Shown: positions 18,763 through 28,996 of the stretch, piece after piece
Numbering within the stretch: the stretch's first letter is position 1
Layout of the letters: every line of letters begins with the position of its first letter
From: Candidatus Bathyarchaeia archaeon
Lineage (GTDB): Archaea; Thermoproteota; Bathyarchaeia; Bathyarchaeales; Bathycorpusculaceae
DNA: 64,000 bases
Assembly: GCA_038883655.1 (NCBI GenBank)
Contig: JAVZLQ010000002.1
Location: 153,625-217,624, forward strand
Direction of reading: 5' to 3'
Notes under the pieces: model-generated
Told to the model about the DNA's origin: nothing
Seen by the model: the letters and a program-made list of their open reading frames with translations, nothing else
Databases searched by the model: none
Position numbers and translations under genes: made by a program

Positions 18763-19546
18763 AAAAAGAACATTAACATTTGCAATCTTAGCCGTGATTG
18801 TTTGGGCGTTTTTAGCTACAAGTATCGCAACATACTATTACATTCAACAGTTAACGGTAAAAAACCAACTTGATGAGAAACAACAATTGCTGACCGATTT
18901 ATCAGAAAGCTATGAGGAGTCTGTTGTAAAGCGAAACTTACTGTTTGCCGAGTATGGCGCGTTGCTTGGGGAATATCAATGGTTTCAAGGCGATAATTAC
19001 TCCTTGTTCATGAGTACTTACGCACGACTGCTTCTAAATCTAAAAGAAAATTATACGGTTATACTTAACGAGTTTCCAGAATTAAACGAAACCTACAATC
19101 TTTTACTAAACAAATCCCAAGAACTAAGTACAAAAAGCGAAGTGACAAAGGAAGAATTCGGTGCGTTACTGGAAGGCTTCTATAAATTGTTCACCGCCTT
19201 GTCGCTGAAAGAATTAGAGAACACTATTGGCAAGGCAAGTCGGATACAAGTAAGCCTATGCATAAACTACACCCTATTAGGCGGAACCATAGAATGGCAC
19301 AACATCTCCATCTCATCCCACGCCACCCTATTTGATTTAACGCGAGAAGTAGCCAACGTTACATATGAGTATTGGGCAACAATAGAACCAGGCCATATAA
19401 TTATAAAATCAATTAATAATCAAACGGCTTGGTGGCTTTGGTACTACTGGGATGAAAACATAAACAATTGGGTATGGGGACCCGTTGGCTGTGACGCTTG
19501 GACTTTGAAGAACAACGGAATCTACAAATGGGATGTCTACTCATAA
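18755..19546 (+). CDS. Membrane-anchored coiled-coil protein with C-terminal DUF4430/transcobalamin-like domain
   Basis: N-terminal TM helix, coiled coil, then TLFDLT...IIKSINN..WWLWYYWD...GPVGCDAWTLKNN..YKW. Confidence 0.6.
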   Translation: MVEKRTLTFAILAVIVWAFLATSIATYYYIQQLTVKNQLDEKQQLLTDLSESYEESVVKRNLLFAEYGALLGEYQWFQGDNYSLFMSTYARLLLNLKENYTVILNEFPELNETYNLLLNKSQELSTKSEVTKEEFGALLEGFYKLFTALSLKELENTIGKASRIQVSLCINYTLLGGTIEWHNISISSHATLFDLTREVANVTYEYWATIEPGHIIIKSINNQTAWWLWYYWDENINNWVWGPVGCDAWTLKNNGIYKWDVYS

Positions 19547-19610
19547 AAACCTAAGCAAATAAACCAAAAGGATTTTAATTTGAAAAAAGAACTGAACGTT
19601 ACAAGAAAAT

Positions 19611-20321
19611 ATGAGGGAACAAATCTTGAACAAAATAGAAACTATATTTGATAAAGCTCGCAAGGCTGGAAGAAAATATCTCCTTGAAACAGAAGCCAAA
19701 AGCGTCTGTATCGAATATGACATTCCAGTCACTAAGTTTAAGCTAGCTAAAAATGAGGCTGAAGCTGTTAAATTTGCAGAAGAAATAGGTTATCCGGTTG
19801 TTCTAAAAATCGTCTCACCTGACATTATTCACAAGTCTGATATTGGCGGGGTTATGGTCAACTTGAAAGATGCAAAAGATGTTCGAGGCGCCTACAAACG
19901 GATTTTGGAAAACGTGAAAAAGAATAAAGCCGACGCGAGAATAGAGGGCGTACTTGTTCAGGAGATGGCTCCGCCTTCAACTGAGATCATAGTTGGCGCT
20001 GTTAAAGACCCGCAGTTTGGTCCAGCCTTGATGTTTGGTCTTGGCGGAATTTTCGTTGAGGTTTTACGGGACGTCGCCTTCCGGATTGCGCCTATAAGTG
20101 AGGATGAAGCTCGCGAGATGATTGGCGAGATTAAGGCTTACCCGTTATTAAAGGGTTATCGCGGCTTGCCCCCAGCAGATATCGAAGCCATAGTCAAGAT
20201 TCTCGTCAACACTTCAAGGCTTGTTATGGAGCATCAAGAGATCAAGGAGCTTGATTTGAATCCAATAATGGTTTATGAGAAAGGCGCAAAAACGGTTGAT
20301 GCGAGAATCATCCTTGAATGA
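19611..20321 (+). CDS. acdB: Acetate-CoA ligase (ADP-forming) beta subunit
   Basis: GYPVVLKIVSPDIIHKSDIGGV, DPQFGP, GLGGIFVE, ELDLNP (ATP-grasp fold). Confidence 0.9.
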   Translation: MREQILNKIETIFDKARKAGRKYLLETEAKSVCIEYDIPVTKFKLAKNEAEAVKFAEEIGYPVVLKIVSPDIIHKSDIGGVMVNLKDAKDVRGAYKRILENVKKNKADARIEGVLVQEMAPPSTEIIVGAVKDPQFGPALMFGLGGIFVEVLRDVAFRIAPISEDEAREMIGEIKAYPLLKGYRGLPPADIEAIVKILVNTSRLVMEHQEIKELDLNPIMVYEKGAKTVDARIILE

Positions 20322-21159
20322 TTATGCAACTATGCCAAAAAGCGAAGTTTTCGCGAATATCTGCATACCACCCGAAACGCCCTTCTTTTTGAGAATTGAT
20401 GGATGGAGGTTCCAAAAGCTATCAGAAGACATAGGCGCCAAAAAACCATTCGACGAGAAATTTGCAAAATGCCTAGTATATTCTGCAGAAACAATTTTTA
20501 AAGCGGGCTTCGACCCAACTTTGGTTTATGTTGCAAGCGACGAACTGAACATACTTTTTCTAGAGGAATCACCATTCAACCGACGCGTTGAAAAGATCGA
20601 TTCCGTAATTCCAAGTCTAGCTTCAACAGCATTTGCGCTATGCGTGGAAAAACTGTTTAAGAAAAAGCCCACTGTAGCTTTCGACTCCCGCATAGTAGTG
20701 GTTTCAAGCGAAGATAGGATAATCAAGTATTTGGCTTGGAGACAAAGCGACCTATGGAGAAACCACAATAACGCTTATGCCTACTGGCTCTTGCGTAAAA
20801 ATGGATGTAAGCCGTCAGAAGCCTCGAGAAAGCTTAGGGGGCTAAAAACAGAGGAGCTCCATGAAATAGCGTTTAAACACGGCTTAAATTTGGCTGAAAC
20901 ACCCGCGTGGCAGAGAAGGGGCATCCTCATTTACAAGGAACCCTATACCAAATGGATCGAAAACCACGTTGCTGGACGATGGAGGCTAAAGGCGGAGTGG
21001 AACACGCCACTTTTTACGTCTGATGATGGAGTAAAGCTAATCAAACAGATTATAGAATGGAAAAAGCGAAAGAGGAAAAAGGTTGTCAGAGCAACAGAAA
21101 ACCCAGCAAATATCAGAGCTAAGCCAAAAACTCTCCGTTTTAAAAGAGCAGAGGGATAA
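20314..21159 (+). CDS. thg1: tRNA(His) guanylyltransferase Thg1-like protein
   Basis: RIDGWRF, KPFD, SDELN, FDSR, WRQ, PAWQRRG. Start codon uncertain (TTG 20314 or ATG 20332). Confidence 0.88.
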   Translation: MNDYATMPKSEVFANICIPPETPFFLRIDGWRFQKLSEDIGAKKPFDEKFAKCLVYSAETIFKAGFDPTLVYVASDELNILFLEESPFNRRVEKIDSVIPSLASTAFALCVEKLFKKKPTVAFDSRIVVVSSEDRIIKYLAWRQSDLWRNHNNAYAYWLLRKNGCKPSEASRKLRGLKTEELHEIAFKHGLNLAETPAWQRRGILIYKEPYTKWIENHVAGRWRLKAEWNTPLFTSDDGVKLIKQIIEWKKRKRKKVVRATENPANIRAKPKTLRFKRAEG

Positions 21160-21946
21160 GCTTAAAGCTGAGGCTGAAGCTTGGGCTGAAAAAAGAGACA
21201 AGCTAAACGAGCAGATCAGGCGCTTACGCGCAGAAATTTTTGAACTAAAGAATGAAAGGAACAAGCTAAACGAGGATGTCAAGCAACTCAAACAGAAAAG
21301 AAACGGAATACTAGAGAAAATACGCGCAAAAATAGAAGATGCAAAAAGCCTCAACGAAGAGCTAAAAGAACTGAACAAGAAAAAGCCACGCAAGAACATA
21401 AGCGCAGTTCAAAAAGAAATTGATGCCATCGAATGGAGAATCCAAACAAACCCACTAAATCTCCAAGAGGAAAAAATGCTTGTTGAAAGGATAAAGAATC
21501 TAGAAACTCAACTTGCGATGCTCAAGAAAATCGAGCAGACAAGCCAAAAGCTGCTCGAGCTGCGCGCTGAGATCAAAGCTCTTGAAACCGAAGGACGGAC
21601 TTGCCATGAAAGGCTAACTGAACTGGCTAAGAAAAGCCAAGAACTGCATGAAAAAATGCTTGCGAAGATAGAAGAACTTGGCAAGGTTAAGACAGAGGCT
21701 GATGAGTTTCACAAGCAGTTTTTGGATGTTAAAGAGAAGATTGCGCCAATTAACGAGGAGATTCAAGGTCTTCTAAGCCAAATGAGGACATTGAAAGGCG
21801 AACTGTTAAAAGAGAAAATGGAAAAAGCCAAGGAAAATGAGCGAGTTCTCCGCGAGAAACTTAAACAGCAAGTTAAGGAAAAACTCAGATGTGGAGAAAA
21901 GCTGACATGGGAGGAATTCCAACTCCTCGAGGACGAGGATTTATGA
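21083..21946 (+). CDS. Archaeal coiled-coil protein (COG1340-like)
   Basis: Long heptad coiled coil, IEWRIQT..L..EE, C-terminal GEKLTWEEFQLL; precedes a DUF373 gene. Confidence 0.75.
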   Translation: MSEQQKTQQISELSQKLSVLKEQRDKLKAEAEAWAEKRDKLNEQIRRLRAEIFELKNERNKLNEDVKQLKQKRNGILEKIRAKIEDAKSLNEELKELNKKKPRKNISAVQKEIDAIEWRIQTNPLNLQEEKMLVERIKNLETQLAMLKKIEQTSQKLLELRAEIKALETEGRTCHERLTELAKKSQELHEKMLAKIEELGKVKTEADEFHKQFLDVKEKIAPINEEIQGLLSQMRTLKGELLKEKMEKAKENERVLREKLKQQVKEKLRCGEKLTWEEFQLLEDEDL

Positions 21947-21997
21947 CACAAAATTAAAGTGTGGCAACTATAAAGTAAATTGAGGAACAGGTAAATA

Positions 21998-23188
21998 ATG
22001 GCTGAAGAGAAGAAAGAAGCTAAAAAAGAGCAAAAACGCACTCTAATTTTGTGTGTTGATAGAGACGGCGATTTAAGTGTAAAGGCTGGAATAAAAACAC
22101 CAGTTGTGGGCAGAGATGTAAACCTAAACGCAGCGGTGGCTCTTGCCCTTAAAGATCCAGAAGAGCCAGATGCAAACGCCATGTTTGAAGCCATACGCAT
22201 ATACGACAAACTTAGGGAGGAAAATCAAAACGAAATTTTCGAAATAGCCACAATCGCGGGTTCTGAGCTTGGCGACGTTAGCGCTGACAGAAAAATCGTC
22301 AACGAGTTAAACAGTGTGTTAAGCACTTTTCCAGCAAACGAGGTCATACTCGTGACCGATGGTTATTCTGACCAGGCGGTTTTGCCACTCGTGGAATCTA
22401 GGGTTCCAGTTTCATCCGTGAATCGCATAGTCGTGAGGCACAGCGAATCCATAGAAGAGACAGCCGCCCTTTTCACACGGTACTTGAAAATTTTATTGGA
22501 AAACCCGCGTTATTCGCGAATAGCCCTAGGTCTCCCTGGTCTTCTAATTTTAATTTTGGGCATACTCTCAATCTTCAACTTGCTCTACTATTATTGGATA
22601 GCCTTCGTCTTTGTCATAAGCGCTTATATGCTGATCAAGGGCTTTGGAGTGGACAAAGCAGCTAAAAGTGCTTATGAATGGGTTAAGGAGTATACTCCAC
22701 CGCCAATGCATGTGCAAATTTCGAATTACTCCATGATTGCTGGAGGACTGTGTATAGCCATTGGCAGCTATCTTGGATGGACAAGCGCAGCGAACTATGT
22801 AGCAAGCATCACTCCGCCACCAGATCCAACTGGATGGTTTGGCTTTTTACCGCGGATAATTGCCTACTTCATTAAAGGCGCAATGGACTTGATCATTGTC
22901 GGTATCTGCGTGACACTTTCTGGTAGAGCTGTGCGATGGTACATAGAACGCGATGTCCGCCTTCTTCGAAACGCCGTACTAATAGTTTTAATAGCTTGGT
23001 CAAGGTGGATTTTAGAGGGAACAGCAAACGTTTTAATAGAAGAGGGCTATGGTAAGCTTATCTTCGCGATAATTGTTGGAATTTTGATTGGGATAGCCTC
23101 AAGCATGGTTGCATTTGTTATACATAGGTCTGCTAAAGGATTTTTCATGGAATCTAAAGAGGGTGAAGAGGAGCTTGGAGAAAGCTGA
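21998..23188 (+). CDS. DUF373 family membrane protein
   Basis: LCVDRDGD, PVVGR, DPEEPDAN, VTDG.SD, followed by a TM region. Confidence 0.85.
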   Translation: MAEEKKEAKKEQKRTLILCVDRDGDLSVKAGIKTPVVGRDVNLNAAVALALKDPEEPDANAMFEAIRIYDKLREENQNEIFEIATIAGSELGDVSADRKIVNELNSVLSTFPANEVILVTDGYSDQAVLPLVESRVPVSSVNRIVVRHSESIEETAALFTRYLKILLENPRYSRIALGLPGLLILILGILSIFNLLYYYWIAFVFVISAYMLIKGFGVDKAAKSAYEWVKEYTPPPMHVQISNYSMIAGGLCIAIGSYLGWTSAANYVASITPPPDPTGWFGFLPRIIAYFIKGAMDLIIVGICVTLSGRAVRWYIERDVRLLRNAVLIVLIAWSRWILEGTANVLIEEGYGKLIFAIIVGILIGIASSMVAFVIHRSAKGFFMESKEGEEELGES

Positions 23189-23963
23189 AATTGGGGTTAT
23201 AGGCGGAACAGGCTTTGAAAGCTTATTTGAAGGCGCCGAACAGCTGCGCGTTGGAACACCTTATGGTGTTGCTCCACCACTTTCTATTGGAAATCTAGGC
23301 GGTAAGAAAGTTGTTTTTCTCCCAAGGCATGGTCCAAACCACTCTTTGCCTCCGCATAAGGTGAATTATAGGGCGAACATTTACGCTTTGCACAGCCTTG
23401 GCGTAAAGCGGATTATTGCAATAAACGCTGTGGGCGCAATAAATCGTAATTTTAAGCCTTCAGACATTGTGCTTCCACACGATTTTGTTGATTTCACAAA
23501 ACTTCGTCCAACAACCTTCTACGACGAGGCCCCAGTAACGCATATCGACGTTTCACAGCCATATTGCCCAGAAATACGGAAAGTCATCATTGAAACCGCG
23601 AAGAAACTTGGAGTAGATTTGTGGAGCGAAGCGATACTCGTTTGCACTGAAGGCCCAAGATTTGAGACCGCTGCTGAAATTGAGATTTTTAGGCGTTTGG
23701 GATGCGACGTGGTTGGGATGACCGGTGTTCCAGAGGTTGTTCTTGCTAGGGAGCTTGAAATTTGCTATGCCGCCCTATGTTTCGTGTCGAATATGGCTGC
23801 TGGCATCCAAGCGCGTCTAACACCAATGGAAGTTAGGGAAGTCTCAGCAAAAGTCATGCCAAAACTTAATCAACTTTTAACCAAAACAATAAAGGCTTTA
23901 CCAAGCACGCGTGAAGGCAAATGTATATGTGCTGATGCCCTTAAAAATGCGAGGTTCAAGTGA
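23175..23963 (+). CDS. mtnP: S-methyl-5'-thioadenosine/thioinosine phosphorylase
   Basis: IGVIGGTG, PRHG..H..PPH.VNYRANI, EGPRFETAAE, VGMT..PE; TTG start after GAGGAG. Confidence 0.9.
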   Translation: MEKAEIGVIGGTGFESLFEGAEQLRVGTPYGVAPPLSIGNLGGKKVVFLPRHGPNHSLPPHKVNYRANIYALHSLGVKRIIAINAVGAINRNFKPSDIVLPHDFVDFTKLRPTTFYDEAPVTHIDVSQPYCPEIRKVIIETAKKLGVDLWSEAILVCTEGPRFETAAEIEIFRRLGCDVVGMTGVPEVVLARELEICYAALCFVSNMAAGIQARLTPMEVREVSAKVMPKLNQLLTKTIKALPSTREGKCICADALKNARFK

Positions 23964-24745
23964 TGTTTAAGACTCTGCTTTCAACAATCGGCGCCTATAA
24001 GCTATATGAGAAATGGCTTTGGCATCAAGTCAAAAATGGCAACAAACCCGAACACATAGCAATAATTCTGGATGGAAACAGACGGTGGGCTTCCGAGAAA
24101 GACCTTAACCCATGGATTGGACACGCAAAGGGCGCGGAAAAAGTGGAACAACTCCTCGGCTGGTGCTTGAAACTTAAGGTTAAGTCCATAACGCTTTACG
24201 CTTTTTCTACCGAAAACTTTCGACGAACAAAAAGCGAAGTTGAAGAAATTATGCGCATAGCGGAAGAGGAATTTAGAAAAATCCTAACGGATGAACGCAT
24301 ACACAAAAACAAGGTTCGCGTGAAAGTGATAGGCAGACTAAACTTGCTTCCAGAAGACTTGAGACGCCTAATAAAGGATGTCGAAAACGCAACACAAAAT
24401 TATGACCAGTACTTCCTAAACATAGCCTTCGCCTACGGCGGAAGAGCAGAGATCGTCGACGCCGCCAGAAAAATAGCTGAAAAGGTCAAGGCTGGCGAGC
24501 TAAAGCCAGAAAATGTTGACGAAGAAACATTTGAAAAACACCTTTACACCGCACACATGCCAAAACAGGATCCAGACCTTATCATTAGAACTTCTGGCGA
24601 AGAAAGGCTAAGCGGCTTCCTCCTTTGGCAGTCAGCTTACAGCGAACTATGCTTTTTAGATGTTTATTGGCCCGATTTCCGATTCATAGACCTTTTAAGG
24701 GCTGTAAGAACATTCCAGAAACGCAAGAGGCGTTTTGGAGCCTAA
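23960..24745 (+). CDS. uppS: Polyprenyl diphosphate synthase (cis-prenyltransferase)
   Basis: PEHIAIILDGNRRWA, YAFSTENF, YGGR.EI, IRTSGEERLSGFLLWQ. Confidence 0.95.
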   Translation: MMFKTLLSTIGAYKLYEKWLWHQVKNGNKPEHIAIILDGNRRWASEKDLNPWIGHAKGAEKVEQLLGWCLKLKVKSITLYAFSTENFRRTKSEVEEIMRIAEEEFRKILTDERIHKNKVRVKVIGRLNLLPEDLRRLIKDVENATQNYDQYFLNIAFAYGGRAEIVDAARKIAEKVKAGELKPENVDEETFEKHLYTAHMPKQDPDLIIRTSGEERLSGFLLWQSAYSELCFLDVYWPDFRFIDLLRAVRTFQKRKRRFGA

Positions 24746-24752
24746 AAGCCTT

Positions 24753-25976
24753 TTAAGCTCTCTTTTTGGCGCTCACTATGGATATTACGTCCCTATCTTT
24801 TAAAACGTAGTCTTCGCCTACGCGTTTACGCTCTCTTGCCTCAATAGCGTATATGAAGCTCTCGCCCAATTCGGTGTGTATTAGATAAGCGAGTTGGCGT
24901 GCAGTTGTCCCGTAAGGAACGAGGTAGGCGTCTGGCAGAACTCTGCCGTTATGGTCTGAGAGGTGTTCCAAATCTTCTACTGGGTAAACTGTTATCATGT
25001 TTAAGAGTTTGAAGTAAGCCATGTTTATTGCTTCCTGAACTCCAGTGGACCCATATTTTAGGAGTATCTTCTCCCTTATGGTTTCCAAGGCTTTAACTTG
25101 GTTTGGGGTCAGCTTTTCTTGGTCTGTTATGCGGAAGTTGCAATCTCCAGGTCTATAGTCTATTAACTTTTTTTCTGCTGCTCTTCGCAGGGCTAGTTCT
25201 GCTTCTGCACAGCATGGAACCACAATGTAGTTGAGCTTCTTTAATCTTTCAAGGTTCTGTTCTGCCGTTGGAAGGTCTATTTTGTTTGCGGCTATAAGCA
25301 TAGGCTTGGCTATTTGCCTTAAAGTGTCGACGAATTTTATGAATTCCTCCTCGCTCCAACTTGTTGGCTTGTCAGCGTTTAACCCCGCTTTCCTAACAGC
25401 CTCGAAAATGTGGACACGCTTAATTGCGAGTCCGCTGAGTCTCTCCTCAAGCATAGAGTAGAGGTCTTTGGCTTCAGCCTCAACCGTTCTTGCAATTTTC
25501 GGCCAATCACGTTTTAGGATGTTTGCCATCCACATCGTAATTTCATGTTCAAGAAACTTTACGTCTTCAAGCGGGTCGTGTTCGCCTGGCTTGCACATTC
25601 TCCCTTCGCAGTCTGTTCCTCCAGAAGCATCTATTATGTGTATAAGTGCGTCAGCCTTCCTAATCTCATCCAAAAACTGGTTGCCCAAACCCCTTCCTTG
25701 CCACGCTCCGGGCACAAGCCCCGCACAGTCTATGAACTCAACTGGAATAAGCCTAACACCATCAAGGCATAGGGAATTCACAGGCGTGTCCTTAACCCCG
25801 AATTCTTCGTGGACGCATGGTGTTCGCACATAGCCTACTCCCCGGTTCGGCTTTATTGTTGTAAATGGATAGTTGGCGATTTCGGCTGGTGCAAGAGTGG
25901 CAGCGCTAAAAAAAGTGGATTTGCCAGTGTTGGGCTTACCAACAATGCCCAACAATCGTGAATAGGATTTCTGCAT
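24753..25976 (-). CDS. ychF: YchF/OLA1-like OBG-family NTPase
   Basis: GKPNTGKST, YPFTT, DCAGLV, NKID, C-terminal TGS domain. Confidence 0.9.
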   Translation of the reverse strand: MQKSYSRLLGIVGKPNTGKSTFFSAATLAPAEIANYPFTTIKPNRGVGYVRTPCVHEEFGVKDTPVNSLCLDGVRLIPVEFIDCAGLVPGAWQGRGLGNQFLDEIRKADALIHIIDASGGTDCEGRMCKPGEHDPLEDVKFLEHEITMWMANILKRDWPKIARTVEAEAKDLYSMLEERLSGLAIKRVHIFEAVRKAGLNADKPTSWSEEEFIKFVDTLRQIAKPMLIAANKIDLPTAEQNLERLKKLNYIVVPCCAEAELALRRAAEKKLIDYRPGDCNFRITDQEKLTPNQVKALETIREKILLKYGSTGVQEAINMAYFKLLNMITVYPVEDLEHLSDHNGRVLPDAYLVPYGTTARQLAYLIHTELGESFIYAIEARERKRVGEDYVLKDRDVISIVSAKKRA

Positions 25977-26062
25977 TCCAAATTCCTAGCAGATATTTGT
26001 GGCGAATGGTTGTATATGATTTGCGTTTCGCCTGATCTGTCGCTGCCAAGATTTTTGATTTT

Positions 26063-26428
26063 CTAGAGTATAGGTAATTTTCTAGAGCATAGGTAAATTA
26101 GGGATATTGCTGGCACAACGAAACCCAATGCTGCAGTGTACTGTATTGTTAAACCCCATAAATCAAAAGCTATGGTTGCAACGCTTGCGAAGATTGTGCC
26201 CCAAAACCCCCATTTTCGCCTCATCAACAAGCCAAAAGCGGCTATGAATCCACAAATTCCCAGAAAAACGAACATTACAAATATCACTAGAGACGTTGCA
26301 TACGTGATGGGCACGTCTAAAAACTGGCCCATCCCTTCTGGTCTGCCGAGGAATGCGAATAAAAGTCTGCCAACAGATTGAAGTAGCCATAAAACGCATA
26401 TGAATAGGATTCCTTTGCTTTCCGCCAT
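26063..26428 (-). CDS. Small 4-TM membrane protein
   Basis: Hydrophobic helices and a GL..RRKWG motif. Confidence 0.6.
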   Translation of the reverse strand: MAESKGILFICVLWLLQSVGRLLFAFLGRPEGMGQFLDVPITYATSLVIFVMFVFLGICGFIAAFGLLMRRKWGFWGTIFASVATIAFDLWGLTIQYTAALGFVVPAISLIYLCSRKLPIL

Positions 26429-26434
26429 GTCACA

Positions 26435-26899
26435 TCAGCCTTTATTGAGTTGAGCGGCTATGGCCTTTCCAAATTCCTTGCACTTTGAAAGTTCATTCTC
26501 CACAATTGGTCCCTTTATTCCTTAAACTTTTATTGATAAGCCGCTTGCTATTTGCTTTAGTTCTGGAGCTTTTTCGCTTATACGTTTCTCCATCTTCTTA
26601 ACAGCCTTTTCAAAGTCTTTTCCCATGTACGTGTCGAAAACAGCGAACATTTTCCCCTTCAACTGCAGTCCACTGAGCTTGTCAATGAAGCCCTTAATCC
26701 CTCTGGTGGGTCCACCAATGTGATTTGGAGAACCTATGAGAATGACATCGTAATCAGCAACTTTTCCAAGGTCAACCTCCTTAAGCTCCTTGATTGAGGC
26801 TTCTATTCCGCCAGTCTCCTTCATGCCTTCAACAATTGTTTCTGCCACGCGTTTGGTGTTGCCATACTTTGACTCGTAAACTATAAGCACTTTTACCAT
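26435..26899 (-). pseudogene. Flavodoxin interrupted by an in-frame TAA at 26522-26524
   Basis: YESKYGNTK and IGSPNH.G motifs. The reading frame continues past the TAA as GIKGPIVENELSKCKEFGKAIAAQLNKG*, the expected last flavodoxin helix. Confidence 0.75.
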
Positions 26900-27033
26900 A
26901 AAACAGCCCATCAATTATCTCTCTTGTTAGAGCTTTAAGACTTGTGTACGCTATCTTCTTAAATAAATGGCGCCTAATGCTTCAGTAACAAAATAATATA
27001 AGCGCTGCATGTCCTATAAAAGAGGGAAACCAA

Positions 27034-27999
27034 TTGACATTAAACACAACAAAAGATAAACTTGCTTACATGTTTAGGAAGATGGTTGAAATCCGCCTTT
27101 TCGAAGAGAAAGTTTTTGACCTTTACGCGCAAAACCTTGTTCCAGGCACAATCCACCTTTACGCTGGAGAAGAAGCCGTCGCCGTAGGCGTCTGCAGCAA
27201 CCTCCGAAAAGACGATTACATTACAAGCACTCATAGGGGTCATGGACACTGCATCGCAAAAGGCGCAGACCTAAAGCGTACAATGGCAGAAATTTTGGGC
27301 AAGAGAACTGGCTACTGCAAGGGCAAAGGCGGTTCGATGCATATCGCCGACTTCAGCATTGGCATGCTTGGCGCGACAGCCGTGGTGGGAGCTGGAATAC
27401 CAATAGCCGTCGGCGCTGGGCTGTCAATAGCACTTAGAAAAACAGACCAAGTCGTAGCGTGTTTCTTTGGTGAGGGCGCCTCAAACCAGGGAACATTCCA
27501 CGAAGGCATCAACATGGCTGCTGTCTGGCGGCTTCCAGTAATATTCGTCTGCGAAAATAACCTCTACGCCATGGGAACACGCCAATCAAGAGTCATGCTT
27601 ATAGAGAACATCGCGGACAGAGCGGCAGCTTATGGCATCCCAGGCGTGGTTGTTGACGGGAACGATGTTTTGGCTGTTTATGAGGCTGCGCAGAAGGCTG
27701 TTGAGAGGGCGAGGAAAGGCGGGGGACCCACACTTATTGAGTGTAAAACTTATAGGCATAAGGGACATTCCCGTGTGGACCCTGCGCGGTATAGGCCAAA
27801 AGAAGAGGTTGAGGAGTGGCTAGCAAAGGACCCGATTAAGCGCTTTAAGGAGAGGCTTCTGCAGGATGGCGTTTTAACAGCAGAAGAGATTAGAAAAATC
27901 GAGGAGGATGTTGCGGCTGAGATTGAGGAAGCTGTTCGATTTGCTATGGAAAGTCCGTATCCAGCGCCAGAAGAAGCTTTGGAGGACGTTTACGCCTAA
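27034..27999 (+). CDS. pdhA: Pyruvate/acetoin dehydrogenase E1 alpha
   Basis: STHRGHGH, GKGGSMH, TPP motif GEGASNQG...ENN, TYRHKGHS. Confidence 0.88.
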   Translation: MTLNTTKDKLAYMFRKMVEIRLFEEKVFDLYAQNLVPGTIHLYAGEEAVAVGVCSNLRKDDYITSTHRGHGHCIAKGADLKRTMAEILGKRTGYCKGKGGSMHIADFSIGMLGATAVVGAGIPIAVGAGLSIALRKTDQVVACFFGEGASNQGTFHEGINMAAVWRLPVIFVCENNLYAMGTRQSRVMLIENIADRAAAYGIPGVVVDGNDVLAVYEAAQKAVERARKGGGPTLIECKTYRHKGHSRVDPARYRPKEEVEEWLAKDPIKRFKERLLQDGVLTAEEIRKIEEDVAAEIEEAVRFAMESPYPAPEEALEDVYA

Positions 28000-28014
28000 T
28001 TGGAGGCTGAGACA

Positions 28015-28989
28015 ATGCGCAAGATAACTTATAGGGAAGCGCTGCGTGAGGCTTTACGCGAAGAGATGCAACGAGACCCAACAGTTTTTCTTTTAGGCGA
28101 GGATATTGGCAAGTATTGGGGAGGAGCATTCAAAGTTACAGAAGGCTTGGCTGAGGAATTCGGTGAGGAAAGGGTTAGGGACACACCGATCTCTGAATCA
28201 GCAATTATTGGAACTGGTGTGGGCGCGGCGATAACGGGCATGCGTCCAGTTGCAGAAATAATGTTCGGCGACTTAACTGCTTTAGCCATGGACCAAATTG
28301 CAAATCAAGCAGCAAAGATTCGGTACATGTTCGGCGGACAAGCCAAATGCCCACTTGTCATTCGAACACCGTTCGGAGCTGGTGTAAACATCGCTTCCCA
28401 TCATTCGCAGAGTCTAGAGGCATGGTTCATGCACGTTCCAGGCTTGTACGTGGCTGTACCTTCCACGCCATACGATGTGAAGGGGCTTTTGAAGTCTGCA
28501 ATTAGGGGCAACAATCCAGTCATGTTCTGTGAGCACAAGCTGCTTTATCCAGTTGAGGGTGAAGTTCCAGAAGGGGAGTACACAATTCCATTTGGGGTTG
28601 CGGACGTGAAACGTGAAGGCGCAGACGCGACGATAGTGGCTACGCTTTACATGGTGCACAAAGCACTTAATGCAGCAAAAAAGCTGGAAAGCGAGGGGAT
28701 AAGTGTTGAAATAGTTGACCCGCGAACATTGACGCCGCTTGACAAGCAGACAATTATAAAGTCTGTCAAGAAGACTGGACGCCTAGTCATTGTATCTGAA
28801 GATTGTAAGACGGCAGGCGTAAGCGCGGAAATAGCTGCAGTGGTGGCTGAAGAAGCCATAGACTATTTGGACGCGCCCATAAAGCGTGTTGCCGAACCAG
28901 ACACGCCCATACCATTCAGCCCACCGCTGGAACAGTACGTAATTCCAGACGAAAAGGCGATAATAAAAGCAGTGAAAGAAGTGGTATAA
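28015..28989 (+). CDS. pdhB: Pyruvate/acetoin dehydrogenase E1 beta
   Basis: GEDIG, DTPISE, EIMFGD, HHSQS, SVKKTGR. Confidence 0.9.
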   Translation: MRKITYREALREALREEMQRDPTVFLLGEDIGKYWGGAFKVTEGLAEEFGEERVRDTPISESAIIGTGVGAAITGMRPVAEIMFGDLTALAMDQIANQAAKIRYMFGGQAKCPLVIRTPFGAGVNIASHHSQSLEAWFMHVPGLYVAVPSTPYDVKGLLKSAIRGNNPVMFCEHKLLYPVEGEVPEGEYTIPFGVADVKREGADATIVATLYMVHKALNAAKKLESEGISVEIVDPRTLTPLDKQTIIKSVKKTGRLVIVSEDCKTAGVSAEIAAVVAEEAIDYLDAPIKRVAEPDTPIPFSPPLEQYVIPDEKAIIKAVKEVV

Positions 28990-28996
28990 ACAAACG

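Noticed and set aside
26522-26524. Sec/Pyl recoding of the flavodoxin stop
   Set aside because: The codon is TAA, not TGA or TAG.
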